In this document: positions 19,579 through 34,768 of the stretch, piece by piece
How the letters are laid out: the number at the start of each line of letters is the position of its first letter
Position numbering within the stretch: position 1 is the first letter of the stretch
Source: Mytilus edulis
Lineage: Eukaryota
Reading direction: 5' to 3'
DNA: 64,000 nt
Assembly: GCF_963676685.1 (NCBI RefSeq)
Contig: NC_092346.1
Coordinates: 30,566,001-30,630,000, forward strand
Position numbers and translations under genes: made by a program
Notes under the pieces: model-generated
The model's input: only the letters and a program-made list of their open reading frames with translations
What the model was told of the DNA's origin: nothing
Database searches by the model: none

Positions 19579-22125
19579 CAAGGAACTTTTAAAAATAAAA
19601 GAGGAACATTTAGAGCCTTTCAGAAACAATACATGAACATATAGAGATAATAAATGGTAGATAAATAAAGGCAACAGTAGTATACCGCTGTTCTATTTTC
19701 GGTAAATACCAGGTACATCAAAAGGACTACAATTGTTCAGGTTTGTCTGACCGAAGGACACAGGTCAACATCAGTACTGTTTCTTTCTTCGAAAGTTTTT
19801 ACCTTATGGAACTGTAAAAAGCAATTTGTATTTGTAAAGACGTAGACAGTCTGCTGATCATAAATCCATTTAAATTTAAATGAAATGACATTTTAGCATT
19901 TTATAAAACACATTCTCTCATATATTATATCTCTAATAGGTTTCAGGGTCACACATATCAATATAGCAATGTCAGACAGCATTATTTATGGCTAAAAGTG
20001 AGATTTTAGTGTTTAACGACATCACCGTGTCACTGCCGAAAATTTATTCTGTTATAAAAATAACGAATTACACAATTAAGAAAATTTTGCTGTTTAAGAA
20101 ATGAAGGGGAAAATTATGTTATACAATAAATATTAAATATCAAATTCTTACATTTCATTTTTAAGATTTTTTTTTATAAATTGTTCGCCAAGAAAAAATG
20201 ATTCAACATTTTCATATAAGCAATTATTGTAAGGGATATGTACGAAGAATATATTGGTTTAAGGTCATTACAAGTAAATTGGCTATGTCGCAGATTTTGC
20301 TAAAATTTTGAATATAACCTTGGCTCGATGAACCTCAACTGAAAATCTCTTTTTTTTTTTTTTTTATCTGAAACATTGAGGATTTATTTCTTTTTAATAG
20401 TTAAAAGGTAAATATTTGTATATAAAGCACATTAAACCGGTGAAAAAACATATAAAATTTGTCTTCAATCCGCCAAATCTCTAATTCCTCTCCACTTTTC
20501 TTAAAAAAAACTATATGTTGTTGACACATAAATTTCTGTTTTAATGATATAAAATAATCATATAGTGACCGATTACCTTTTTTGTCTAATAATCATTATC
20601 GGACCACAGATAAATTATCACGTTGTGATTGGTTAAACGCCGTCACATGGTGACCCCCTATGAGACTGTAGGGGGTTAGTAAGTTTCATAGGGGGTTCAT
20701 GACGCATTACTGGTGACGTCATCTATTGCTGTTGTTGTGTTACATTGTTTATTTTTCAACAAAACGCAGCAGAAAAAGTCCAGCGTCCGGCCTCACCCCC
20801 TATGGATTTTACTAACCCTCTATGGATCCGTATGCGGTCAGTAGCGAACCATATAACTTATAATATGTTACCTGGTTGGTAGTGAAAAACGTCAAAGATC
20901 AACGTTTTACTGCTGCAACGCAGCGACGTTACGATTATTTCGACGTTTTTCTTTATTTTTTTCCACAAAGAGCACAACTTTGAATGATGTATACCGTTAA
21001 AACGAAGTCGATGGCCGTATCTTTTTTTTGTATCATTTTAACGGAAATTTATGTATCAATAGCATATATTGTTTTATGAAAAATCTATGGAGTAGAACTA
21101 GAGATGTGGTGATTTTTAGACAAATTTTAGAAAGTTTTATTCCGATTTTATGTGCTTTCTATATATTTGTTCACCAATTTTGTAAGAATGCAATCATTAA
21201 TATTTTAGATGATAAATGAAATAAAAGCATTATTTTTTTCATTTTCCGTTGAAGCTCATTAAAGTGTTAATAAAGAATTAAAAGAAGAAGAAATACAGAC
21301 AACACCATGTCCCCTCCCCGAATAAAAAGACGACAAGATCAGTCCAGTAAAAGCACTACACCGAAAAATGAAATTAGACAACAACAAAATCTTGCTTTCC
21401 ACGAATGCAGGTGAAATAAAGTCGACGAGAAATCGCATTTATTGATGTCACAACCAACGAAAATACGATTTGATTAGGCACAGGCATCTGTTTTTATTTA
21501 CACATCGTTGTTAATAGAATGGAACTTTATGCGAATGTCATACTAGTGATAGGTTTAGCAGCTATAAAACTAGGTTTAATCGATCATTTTTTACATACGA
21601 AAATGACTTTACAAAGTCAGGAATATGACAGTTGTAATCCATTCATGTGTTTGAGCTTTTCATTTTGCCATTTGAAAAGGGACTTTTCGTTTTGAATTTT
21701 CGACTGAGTTCAGTATTTTTGTGATTTAACTTTTTCTAGACCATATCTTAAGCCATCTGTTTCATATTTGTCAACCAAATCATTATGGGGTCCTTGAGAT
21801 GCTTAACTTTTAACATATAAAAATTGAAATCGTATCTTTTGTCGCAAAATTAATTTCTCAATCGACTCTTATTGTCAAATTAAAAGAAACCAAACGATAT
21901 TAATCAAACCTAACTGTATCTTTGGTATCCTTTGTTGGAATTTAAATTGAATAGATGCAATTGATATAATCACCAAATTTTAATTTGAGAGAACATTGTC
22001 CATATACCTGGATATGAAGTCAAAATTAGTACTGACATTGCATCCTTTTCGAGAAGCTTCAGTAGCAATATATTAATAAGAAAATGTGAAATGATTATCA
22101 TTGAGACATCTGTCCATCAGAGACC

Positions 22126-22262
22126 AGGGTTGGAGTCATAAAACTTTGCTCCGTGCTTGGAGCACAAAAATCATGCTCGAAACATGAAATCCAGCATTTT
22201 GATTGGTTGATTTTCGAGTACTAGTACAAAAACTGAATCGAAAGTTTTATGACCACAAGGTC
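22126..22262. mobile_element. Short MITE-like element
   Basis: Inverted repeats gtcataaaacttt / aaagttttatgac; boundaries approximate. Confidence 0.5.
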
Positions 22263-23487
22263 AGATGACAAAGATATGAGCAACTACCGGTAACCGGACG
22301 ACATTTTGATGATTGCACCATAATTTCAGCAGTCAATGTTTCGGTATTAGACAGCATAACGCATGTTAACAAATTCTGACAATTGTACGGAGGTTCATCT
22401 TATATGAGTTTGTCTATTATTTTTATGACATTTTGGCTATGTAGCTTAACACATGTTTTGCTTTTTTCTATATAAAAGTACAAAAAAGACGAGAAAAGGA
22501 CTACAACAAACACCATATTTGTACTTGAACGAAATAAGCATTTGTTAGGTTACTTTCTAATCTCTTCGGTATATGATGATGGACAACTAAGAAAGATAGG
22601 ATAAAAGAAAGAAAAAAACACGTTGCATCTTTTAAATTTTTAAAAAACGGTATTGCGAGTTTGGACATGTTCCTTGTTATTACAGATGCTAATAGGATAT
22701 TATTTTTTTATATGGTAAATCATGCATAACAGGGGGATTAACATTTCTACTCTTTTGGTCATACTCCATTTGAAATTGGCTATTATTCAGACTCTTTTTA
22801 TATAAATATTTACTTAGCATTGGTATTCAATCATTTTCTACATTCGAAATACTAGTATGACAGTTGTTATCCATTCGTCTGATTTGTTCGAGCTTTTGAT
22901 TTGCCATTTGATGAGGGACTTTCCTTTTTGAATTTTCCTCGGGGTTCAGTATTTTTGTGATTCTGCTTTTTAGAGGATACTTATCTTCGAAGGTTTTACT
23001 TACCATAAACAACACAAAGGATGCAAATAGTGGAACAGCCGTCTGATAACCCTTAAGAAGCACTCATCCTTCCCAAATGTTTTATTAGGGTTCATTTCGC
23101 TCAGTCTTAGATTCTTATGTTTCTTGTGCAATCTTATATATATTTTTTGTATTTTCTTCGTTTTTCGTTTGGCTATGGTATTGAAAGGTTTTTTTTATTC
23201 ATAATTTTTTTTGGTTCCCTTAGTGATTTCTTTCTCCCTTTGATATTTTGAGCAGTTCTATAATTTTAATTACAAAAAAATAAATGAAATGAATATAACA
23301 TCGAGTTAAATTCAAGAATTTGACAATCTACGTATTATTAAAAATTTAACAAATGTTTGCAGTACCTTGTTATTCTTAAATTAAATAATTGATAACACAT
23401 GTATGAAAAAAAATTCAAATGAAATGTTATTCAACGTATAATACTGATACAGGTATCATATAACTGATATATAATGGAACATAAGTT

Positions 23488-24518
23488 TTAGGAACTATTT
23501 CTACAGTCTTTCACACTACATACATTTGGAGGGCACGATTTTTTGGAACATATTTGAGAACACCATTCATCCATTCCATAAATATCTTCAAATGCTCCAA
23601 CGGCGTGGCATTTTGTTTTAGGGACTACAACAACATCATCACATCCACATTCACACATAAACTTGACACAGTGATTGGACCTGCAGTTGTTCAGACACCA
23701 TTGGTCAATGCCTCGAGTATGTGCATATCGACCTTTTGCTTTACACCGGAAATTTGGCGAAGTTGAGTAACATTCTCCATTTTTTGAAGTTAAAGGTTGG
23801 CTAGTTTGTGAAAACAAAGGATACGTTATCGAATCACTTTTACCCGGAAAATAGTAAATATCTGGTTGTGAAGGGACAAATCTAGTTAGAAGAAGATTTC
23901 CAGGCTTTGGTTTTATCAAAATTTTTGGCGTCGTTTTCGCCGCGATTTTTTCCCAAAAAGTTAACTCTTTTGAACTTCTCGATACTGTATTCCAAGTCGT
24001 CGAGGGTGACGATTCTTCAATTCTTTTGTCCCAAAATGATTTTTTCGTTTCTACATTCTTTTTACTTGGAGTAATTTTAAGGGGAAATGTCATGTTAGCT
24101 TGGAATTTGATGTATGGAATTCCCGTCTGCCATGAAGGTTTAATCCAATTCACATGTTCATGTTTCTCTTTGATATTAGATACATCATCATTCGAAACTT
24201 TCTTTGCAATGTCTTTGGTTTGTTGCAATTTGTCATTGTAAGAAGGTTTTGGCTTAGAGCTATCACCTTTGCGGATTTCATAAGCATTGGGACTATTGTA
24301 AACCGGCAAAGTCTGCCGAAAGCGTTCTATATTAGAATCGGTGAGATTTCTATCAGATATTAAAAATAATGGTTTATGTACATTAATTTCCGTGGAAATG
24401 AAAGCTCTATCACTGAATAAGGTATCCGACTGTATTTCGATATCAGCACAATTATAAAATGTTTCCTGCCTACCACAACCCATACACTGACATTCGTTGA
24501 TCCCTCCCATTCTATATC
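23488..24518 (-). CDS. AA15/LPMO-fold (chitin-binding type-4) secreted protein, exon 3
   Basis: tttgtag acceptor, phase 1. CMGCGRQETFYNCADIEI ends the LPMO domain, followed by a low-complexity linker and two Cys-rich modules (C-x-A-x-G...G-x-D-x-WC-x3-C...C). Confidence 0.85.
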
Positions 24519-26033
24519 CTACAAAGTATATAAACAATTATTAATGTGTTAATTGTGTTATTCATGAATCATATATCATTTATGGAATTCTTTTGATTAT
24601 TTTCTTAAAATGACCTTGACCAAGTCAGGAATATGGCAGTTGTTGTCATATATTCTGTCTCTATGTATGTTGCGTTTGTTAGCAGTTCTGTGTTTCTGTT
24701 CTTTTTTTTTTCTTATAATTAATGTGTTAGTTTGTGACACGGATTTGTTTTAGTTAAATCGATTTATGACTATTGAACAGCGGCATTGCCTCTATTTAAA
24801 CATGTAAAAATTCAAATGTCCCTAATCAAATGGCGGAATCAATAAAACACATCAAATGTATGGACAACAACTGTCATATTCGTGACTTGGTACAGGCATT
24901 GAAAAGCACTATATTGAAAACTATGGTACTGACAAACACTTTGCTCTCTGTGTTTATTTCAAACATCGTTGTCAATGTAGCTATAACACCAGGTTTAATC
25001 CACAATTTCTACATAAGAAAATGCCTCTGAACAAAGTCAAGAATATGAAAATTGTAATCCATTCGTTTGATGTGTTTGAGCGTTTGATTTTGCCAGTTGA
25101 TAAAAGATTATCAGTTTGGAATGTTCCTCGAAGTTTTGTTGTTTCTGTTATTTTACTTTTTTATATGATATAATTGAAAAGAAAATTAAATTAGAAACAA
25201 TACATTATCTTACGAAAAAAAAAAAAATTTCAATAGAACCATTTCATAACGATTATCACAAGTACATTTATTCCTTAAGTTCATATATTTTTTCTAGTTT
25301 AAGAATTTCATTAAAAAGCTTAAAGAGATATTGTAGTATTTCTGATCGATTTTCATTTAAAACAAAAAATCACGAGTTTTATGCTAATTCAAAATCGTAC
25401 TAGTTTAAAGATTTGTACAACAATACTGACAAGATTAATAGACTAAAAGTATTACAATTATTGGCGCAGAAAGACAAATATTTCGACTCAACAGTTGACC
25501 TTCATCACTTTAAAGATTTGCTAAATCATTAAATCAGCTACTATTATAGAAATTCAGATTTGAATGAAAAGTGATTTGCTAAATGATTTAATTATCAAAT
25601 AGAATACATATTAATTACACAGGGATACCAGTTTATTAATTCAAGTGCATGTCGTTGCATTTATAAAAATAAAACTTTCATCTAGTTACAGTCACGTATT
25701 GGTTGCTGATTCATGAGACGTAATTTAATTTATGCAAATTATAAGTAAAAAATGTGAACGCCATTTTTTGTTAGTACGATCTGCACAACTATTGTCATAT
25801 TAAACGTCCCAAACCATATGTATAATTATGTAAATCAAACAAATACAAACCGCAAGATAGACAAAAAACTTGTATCAGTCTGTGAATATATTTAAGAAAT
25901 GTGTAACCTTATATCTGAATAGTATGTTAAAAACTCATAATTGTTTTTCTCACTGAAGTCGGGGCTAATCATTGTAAGAGATATTGTTATAGCCCTTAAA
26001 CAAAACAAAAAAAAAACTCATCACAGATACAAG

Positions 26034-26289
26034 CATACCTGTCAACTGTCACTATTTGCGGGGGATTTCCTCCATGGAGGCTTCCAAATTGAAATTTTGA
26101 AAAAGCAATTTTGCCCACAATTTAAACAAAACAATTAATTTTACAATGACTTTAGGCTTTTAAAAGTATGAAGAAGGCAAAAAACAACATTAAAATGTAT
26201 TTGCAGGCCCCCTTGAAGGTTGTTTGGGACTATAACAGCCATCTTGCATGCAAAACCCCCATAGGCATTTTGAAAAGTTGGCAGGTATG
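26034..26289. mobile_element. MITE with CATACCTG TIRs and 6-bp TSD
   Basis: catacctgtcaact / agttggcaggtatg, with tacaag duplicated on both sides. Confidence 0.8.
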
Positions 26290-26481
26290 TACAAGGCTTA
26301 TATTTTGTTTCGCCGGATTAGTGTTTCGTCTTCATAAGACTAACCAATAAATAATGAAACCAAAAGAAGTGATGACTACTAAGCTGTAGATGCAATCGGG
26401 GACTAAATGTCTACTATCATATACATCGACCTAGTAAACTTCCGGTTTATCATTTGTGAATCTGCAAACTTTTATTTATAC

Positions 26482-26839
26482 CTGTGCTGAACTTCCACTG
26501 GAAAACACAATTCGTACATGAAATATCTGCTGGTAGACGCACGTGTAAATCGTAAATTCCACCTTGACTCCCAACATAGTAACGAGTACTCCAGGACTCT
26601 TCAATCCAAAGCATATTTCGCTCGAAGCAATCGTGGGTTAAAGTATCTTTTGAACCATTTCGTGGACAAAGACGAAATTCGAAAAAACCAAGGAGATTAC
26701 TTTTCACCTCAACTGTGACATTTACATAAGCTCCTTGTTTATATGACCTGACAGTCCTGTACTCTGCGCCATTCACCATAAGGCCATCAAAAGGTTGACC
26801 ACACACGCCACACATACCACCATTCTGCTCCCATTGTAC
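26482..26839 (-). CDS. AA15/LPMO-fold secreted protein, exon 2
   Basis: AG|VQWEQNGGMCGVCG...GFFEFRLCP...LPADISCTNCVFQWKFSTG|GT. Splice phases match exons 1 and 3 (524 aa in total). Confidence 0.88.
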
Positions 26840-27091
26840 CTTTAATAAAGTTTGATTTATAAGTATGTTTTAACTAATAGGGAAATACATATGTCATACA
26901 TTTGTATGTAAATAATGTTTAATAGTTTACGCTATCGTGTTATTTAGTCTAGTCTAACGTAAAATGATAAATGTCAACATGATAATAGGATAATAATGAT
27001 TAAATAATAATAATGATAATGATGATATGACAATAATGAACCATCACGATTATACTTGTTCTTATTTTTGATATTCTTATTACCATGATAA

Positions 27092-27257
27092 NNNNNNNNN
27101 NNNNNNNNNNNNNNNNNNNNNNNNNNNNNNNNNNNNNNNNNNNNNNNNNNNNNNNNNNNNNNNNNNNNNNNNNNNNNNNNNNNNNNNNNNNNNNNNNNNN
27201 NNNNNNNNNNNNNNNNNNNNNNNNNNNNNNNNNNNNNNNNNNNNNNNNNNNNNNNNN
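27092..27257. other. Assembly gap (N run)
   Basis: Run of N bases. Confidence 1.
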
Positions 27258-30200
27258 TCATCATTTTTTTTATTAACAGAAATGAAATGATAGTGATTAA
27301 TCATATAATAGAAATTTAAAAAGCCTTTTCCGTGGTAAGTTGATAAACAAATCATCTTCAGATATTTCTTTAATTATTACAGGTGAATAGAGTTTTCTAT
27401 GATTAGTAATGGCCATTATTTTCGCTTAATCGATTTATGACTATTGAACAGCGGTACACTACTGCTGCCTTTATTTAGCTCTTACACACCGGAATTCTTA
27501 AAACATTTATGAATAGGTTTGAAATTATGCCAGTAGCATGCTTCTTTTGTGTACTGCAAGTTTTAGCAACAAAATGGACTTATATGTTTTTAGTTTTTGA
27601 TGAGGTTCGTGTTGCTTATTCTTTGGTGTTCTATGTTGTGTCGTGTGTGCTGTTGTTTGTCTGTTTGTCTTTTTTCATTTTTGGCCATGGCGTTGTCGGT
27701 TTGTTTTCGATTTATGGGTTTGACTGTCCTTCTGGTGTCTTTCGTCCCTCTTTTATGAATGTTCACAGATTATTAGTATCGAAAAAAGAGAAGTGATAAG
27801 AATAAAGGAAAATTGTCTTAAAACAAATAAGAACCTAATATAGAATTGTCAATAGATACAAATAAAAAATTCTAAATAATGATAAATTGGCCTTTTTGCA
27901 CCGAATAACTTATTTTGTTTCATAGGTGTATATACAATTTATGAACATTTTAAGTATATTATTCAGACTGAATATAATATATTCAAAACATTTAAACACC
28001 TTTACGATGTTGACCATGTGATTGAAACAAATACAGGGGTACTGCCAAGACGAAACTATAAAAGATCTGGCATAGACACAAAATTCTCCAAATTACAAAA
28101 AAGCTTGTAACATATGATATATGACAACCACTGACAATGGACAGAACTAGGGACATGCATATGTTTATGTGACTGGTTTAAGAAAGTTTATAAAAGACCA
28201 AATAATAAAATAAGACTTACAATCATTCAAATCATAATCAAAGAAATTAAACTGCTGATATGAAACCATGCCGTTTTAACATTCTAATACCGGTTGATGT
28301 TTTTGATACATTTCGTACAAAACGTCATAAATAGTACAGGAAGATGCAATCTTGAACAATGCACATAACCAACACAAGCAAAATTTTAATGCAAAGAATA
28401 AATAAGAACTTCAATTATTTGCTTTAAACTCTTGAATTGCGAATTGATGATTATCCCCAAAAACACCAGAAGCATTGATAAAAACCAAATAAGTTCACCT
28501 AGTCGACATGGAAGATAACAAGTATAATACATAAACAAACTAGCTTTATTTATAATATACGCGTTAAAAAAAAACCTCATCAATGACATTTTTATCACTG
28601 TTGTAAAGTACTTCAAGTAATGAAAACATATTGTTCATTAAAATCATATGTCACTACAAAGAAAAATGCATTTAAAAGACAATAACCACAACAAAAAAAG
28701 TCATATCTACGATAAAAAAAAAAAGAAGCTTCAAGCTAGACACGTCAACATTCGTAAACAAACAACAAACAATGCCGATTTTACTATACGTTATGCTAAA
28801 CAAAAAGTACAGTGTTAAGTTGAATGTTCGATCTAAGTTATCAAAAAAGTATACAACATTGAAACCACAGTTTTAGTTTATTTTTGGCTCGACAAAAGAA
28901 GGCATCAATTGTTTTACTAACACCAACGTAAAATAATGGCGGCAAAAGTTAAGAATCAATGTCAGCATGACAATTATAAATGATATGTTAACAATATGGA
29001 AATCGTGTGTTTGTTCCTACTGTTTGTTTATTAAAAATCCCATGATTCATTGTGAAATGCATGTTCTTCTTCCATGATTCGAAACATATTAAATAACAGA
29101 CTCCGCTCAAGATAGACAGCAATGATTTAATTAGTGTCAGTTTCAAAATGAACGACTTGTCATCTGTGTCCATGATTACAAAAAAATCCCTTAAACTATG
29201 CAACCTGACATACGCACTTTAGTCAAGAGAAAGAAGGAAGATTTACTGTTATGTATTTTGTTCAGAGTAGCGTCTCTGTGCGCCCTGATATATGTCTGAT
29301 ACCTTCATATATTAATAATATTATTAATTATAATGATATTATTATAATAATAATGAAGATAATAATACTTATAATGGTTATAGGTTATTTCTTCAAAGAC
29401 AGAAAAAAATATTACAGTCATTCCTTAATGAAATTAGTATTTGGTCAAGGTTAAACTACATCGTTATTACAGACTGAACTTGAACTGTAATGCTTAACAT
29501 CATTAATAAAAATTAATGATGATTACTTAGTTGTACATGTACTACAGTACATGTATAAAGATTCTCTGTTGATATAAAACACATGCAACATTATAATTGT
29601 TTATTGTGCAACTTAGCGATTATTTTTCATGATAACTGATAAATTGGAATATAAATATCATCAAAATGAGTAGATAAATATAACATCTTTGTCGAACCGC
29701 ATTAAATATTTTGATTTGAAGAAAAAAAAGGACACACAAGGATACAACATCAACGTAATAGATTCATGCTTTTATTTGGGTTTTTTCCTTAAAACAATCA
29801 AAAGATTAATATCCTGGCTGATTTTGAAATATTTTCATAGTATAACGATTTGAACCATAAAAAAACCCAGTAAACTTTAACATTGCTTACATTAATTAAA
29901 ATCAATCTCTTAAAACCTTGCTATCGAAAATAGTTTTCACACGTTGTAAAAATATTTTTTTTACAATTTTAATGATTTCAGTATTTTTTAGCAATCTTCA
30001 ACATGATATTATTTTTTCATTGTTTTGCCTTGTTTTCTTGTATTATTTAGTATATAATTTATTGAATGTTTTTATTCACCATATATTATTCCATTAAATA
30101 ACATATGGAGGGGCAGGGTTTAGATTTTAAAAACAAGTTTAATTCTTTTTCTTTTCGTTAGAAGAAGTTGATGTTGGTTCCAGGTCTTTCCCTTTTTGTA

Positions 30201-33200
30201 TAGTGTTCAAACTGATATAACAAAATATTATAGATAAAGGTTTAAGTAAATTTAAAAAAATAAATAAAGGCAAGATCTACATACATCTATATAACTTACA
30301 ATTCACACTTCTAATCATTCTAGCAATTGGAGCCATGGGTTACAGTAGACATATGCCCTTTGCAATGTTTATCATTATGAAAAACATAACTTTTTAGTTT
30401 ACTTTTTTATTTCATGTTGGTATATTCATAAACTAACTATTTACAAAATTTGAATTATTCGAATTACTAAAGATTATCTTCAACAGGAATAGTTTACAGT
30501 AGCTGTATTTGGTAAAACTTTTCGATTTGTTTGCCCTTCTTTATGGTCTATGACTTCATATCTTATTTAGCCTTTTAACTTTTTTGATTCGAGCGGGGTA
30601 TCTTTGAATATGTTTTCATTAATAGTACATTTACTTAAGTGTCTCTGATGACAGTTTTCGGATTCCTTTTTTGTATTCTAATTTCTTTGTAAGCAACATA
30701 AGTACCTGTCCTTAACAAATCATATTAAACTAAACAAGGTTCTGATTTTATCCCTTTAAACTTTCATCTTTTAGTAATTGTGCAAGAAATTCATGTCTCT
30801 CTTATTTATTCCTGCATGTCATTATTATTGTTCTAAAGTACGAATCTTCAATACTTAAGTTATTTACCTGTTTGATTTAAATTTTTGAACTGTAATTAAC
30901 TTATATTGTAAACCACATAATAAGGTGTTCTACGTGGGTTTTTTTTGTACTTCCGTCATGCAAGATGGCATATTTAATTTGATTGCAGATAAGAATTTTT
31001 ATCAAAATTAATGATCAATTTTCTCAAGGTGTAACATTTTCATATATAATTAAACATGGTTGGGATCCTTTTGTGGATGTTTGTTATGTTTTCTTCTGGG
31101 GAAAAACTCAACCAGAAACAATTTTTTGACCGAGTTTGCATTGACATTTTTTGAAAGCAACTGGTCCTTGTCGATTTAGGAGTTCATACGGATTTAGATT
31201 TTTTTCTCTAGGTTTGCACAATCAAATGAACTTAAAATTCAATAAACTTTTGCTGTCTTTTTCTTCATTCATTTTCATTCATGACTAAATTCGTCCTTGA
31301 ACAATGTACAATGTATATGCAGCATGTTGAGTGTACATGATTACTGCTCATTTGAGGAGTTTTTGTTTTGTTTTATCTATGGTATCACCCTCTAAAATAC
31401 ATTCATTCAGTACCATGTCTGTATATAATCGAATAATGCAAAATAATACAACTTTAGATTCATGAGGATCATATAAAATACGTATTTTAACACCGGGGTC
31501 ATAAATTGATATATTTTGAATATGTTTAGTTGTCATGTATTATTTATAAACATTCGACACATTATATAAAAACATTCGAAGAAAGCCGATTTCCTTGTCT
31601 TTTACCCATCTGAATTTTGAAAAAATGTTTATGTGTTAAAGTGTATGTAATTGTCCTTTAAAGAGTGTATCTGCAATTATATTCGGTCTTCAAATATCCA
31701 GGAAATGGAGTTATAAGAGTTTATTTTTAAATATCAGAGGGGATGCTTAAGTTATCATGTGTAATGGAGTAACTATATTTGGGTCGAATGTATCACTAAT
31801 GAATTGCAATGTATGGCACCTGTTTGGTCTTTGTTGCCCAAAAACTATCAAACACGTATAATTATTTCGACAATGTTAGTACTCTATCGACCAAAAAAAG
31901 TTATCAACAAAACATCAAATCATTTGTGCAGTCTTTGTACAAATGTAGCTTTCTAGTATATCTAGCTGTGTCAAAAAATGTAATATGTAGTATATGTCAT
32001 CAGTTTTGTTTTAGCTTCATGTTGTGAAAAATTACCACATTTCATAAGGATTATAGAAGGAAAAGGCATTATTTTGTTAATAACAAGAAAAACTAAATGA
32101 CATTACCTTAAAATAATTTATGAAAAACAAAACAGGATTACACTGTTTCCTTGTTATATAGCAAATCGTTATTTGATCATTCCTTTGTAAAATTAAACTC
32201 CTTGAGTCCCAAAGTTTTAATAATTTCATATGAATTATACAAAATTCAGTGATGATAAAAACATTGCTCAAATCACGAAAACAATCAAGCGATTATTGAC
32301 TAGCGCATGGTTCATACCGCTGCTAGTATACTGTTGGTCACCGAAGTAACATTATCTCAGTAGTAAGTACTGACATGATTTAAAACATATTCTTAGTTAA
32401 AACACCCTACATAGATAAAGGCAACAGTAGTATACCGCTGTTCAAAACTCATAAATCCATGGACAAAAAACAAAATAGGGGTAACAAACTAAAACCGAGG
32501 GAAACGCATTAAATATAAGAGGAGAACAACGACATAACACCGAAACGTAACACACACAGAAACGGACCAAGCATCAGACAAAACACCACGAGAATAACAA
32601 ATATAACATGAAAACCAAATACATAGAAATTATAAATAGACTAAGGCCTTTCCTCCTTCAGGAAATGTTAACGGTTGATAAATTTTACTATTCTGTATTA
32701 TATTTAACTGTTCCCATATTATTTGGATTTGAAATACTGACAAAAATGTATAGTCCTAAAAATATTTGTCAATACAAATAGTTTAAAGCTGTTAGTTTGT
32801 ATCCATTTTCATCATTTTGCGACTGCACTTTAAAAACTGGCTTAAATTCCGTATGCGTTTTAATTCTTAAAATTTCATCTACATGACTAATGTTTACTTT
32901 AATGAAGGTATGTGTTTGATGTGGCACCTCAACTCATTAAACCTACTTACAAATTCGTACATTCTGTTTTATTATATAATGTTAAGAAGTACTATTGATA
33001 TAAAGCAACTTGTCAATGGCATCTGACGTATTTAATTGTAAAATAAAACTTTATATAACAGTTATGAATTCGTACGATCTGTATTATCTTATATTTTACG
33101 AAATATAACACTTAGTTACATTCTTTTGACAACATCTGAAATATTCTTATGCAAAATAGTTTTATATAACAATTATGATTTCGTACAATGTACGATCTGT

Positions 33201-33288
33201 ATTATTTTATATATCAAGAAATATAACACTAAGTAACATTCTCTTTGACAACATCTGACATATTCGTATGTAAAATAGCTTGTCTTAC

Positions 33289-33474
33289 CTCGTATCCCCC
33301 GCAGTTGAGCATATCGTCCTTTGTGTTAACAGGTACTGTTTTGTCATATCTCCATAAACTGGACCGATGCGGTGGTTCAATCATCATTGCTTTATTGTCA
33401 ACGCGTCGAATTAATAAGATAATTAATACTATATTCCATAATATCAAAGGCATTTCTATCACTATAGTAGTCAT
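33289..33474 (-). CDS. AA15/LPMO-fold secreted protein, exon 1 (signal peptide and N-terminus)
   Basis: Hydrophobic signal, then KAMMIEPPHRSSLWRY...LNCGGYE|gtaaga (phase 0). Confidence 0.85.
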
Positions 33475-34370
33475 TCAACTGCCGTAGTTTTATCCATCTC
33501 TATACAAAGAAATTAATTATATCTGCACATATTCCTTGAGAATGAAAAGTGAATGCTTATACATAAAACATTCAATGATTGATAACATATATTAGCTGAT
33601 TTATATTAGACAAGTTTATATTTGACACGATATAGCGATATAAATTCAATTGAAATCTGCATAATAATTTGAAATATAAATTTTTAAGCCGATATGTTAT
33701 ATTATTACCAAACCTGTATGGATGTTGTAATTAATGTCGACAACTCATCTCCGTGATGAAACAAGATGTCATTCGACAGAAAGTCAATTTGCATCTTAAT
33801 TTATTCTTTTCGAATTAAAAATGCACCGCAAGACAGTTTACAAATTACATAACTTATTTGATTCAATATAGGTAAAAAAATTAACTATAGGTTAACCACA
33901 AACTTTCAATTTAACTGATTTCTCATCATGACATAGCTGTGTCAAAAATTCATTATATGGGGAAAAACAGATTTATGATAGGTTTTTTAAATCCATCAAA
34001 ACACCTGTGCATAATTTTGTAACATTTATAGCATGGAAGTTATATATAATTTTTCAACGTAATCCTTTTTAATAATCTTTTTTTTGTCTTTGTGTATTGA
34101 CCTGAAAATGCATGATTATTTTTTGCTTTATGATAAGCCACCAACTATCAATCAGTGTAATAATTTAATAATTAACCTCAAGTGAGGAATCACACAGGGT
34201 TGTCCCCTTTGTCATACACTGCAGTGAAATATACCATATGTGGTTAATTTTAAGAAGAAATGTATACATTTTTACAACAGTACAAAGATGTATCATGAGG
34301 ATTCCATAATTTCAATTTACAGACAATTAAATGATGCTTGATTCCCTATTATAGAACGCAACATCTTTAA

Positions 34371-34768
34371 GAGGCTGTCCAAGTAAATATCAAGCAAATC
34401 CTATGATATGGGTGGCACAACATATTTTTTTTCCCGCTGAATTTTTAGTTCCAATGCAATGTTTATATCCTACAAAGGATATATATGTCAAAGATATTTT
34501 TGAATCAACAGTAGATGGCTCAGAAAATGATTTTAAAGTTCACTGACAACGCAACAAAATGTTGTACAAAATGAAGAGTTATCTCCCCTTTTCAATGAAT
34601 TTTCAGTGCTTTCTATGTATTTTTTTTCTCTTTATTTGTTGCAGTTAATAAAAAGGCAAAATTTAACTTTAAGAAAGAATGAATTTGTAATATGAAATAG
34701 AAGAAAAAATTTTGAAAACAAAACATGTCATGTGCCATCCACTGCCTGGTTTTTCCATGGACACCCTC
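34371..34768. mobile_element. TTAA-flanked non-autonomous DNA transposon (Kolobok-like)
   Basis: ttaa|gaggctgtcca ... tggacaccctc|ttaa. Confidence 0.65.

Noticed and set aside
18257-19644. Long ORFs (342 and 294 aa) or a CRISPR-like array
   Set aside because: Head-to-tail 48-bp units with no unique spacers, a eukaryotic context and no cas genes. The ORFs arise because the unit length is a multiple of 3.
26974-27355. ORFs containing X runs
   Set aside because: Artefacts of the N gap.
33050-33280. ~115-bp diverged tandem duplication next to the LPMO exon 1 donor
   Set aside because: Ordinary intronic duplication with no evidence of function.
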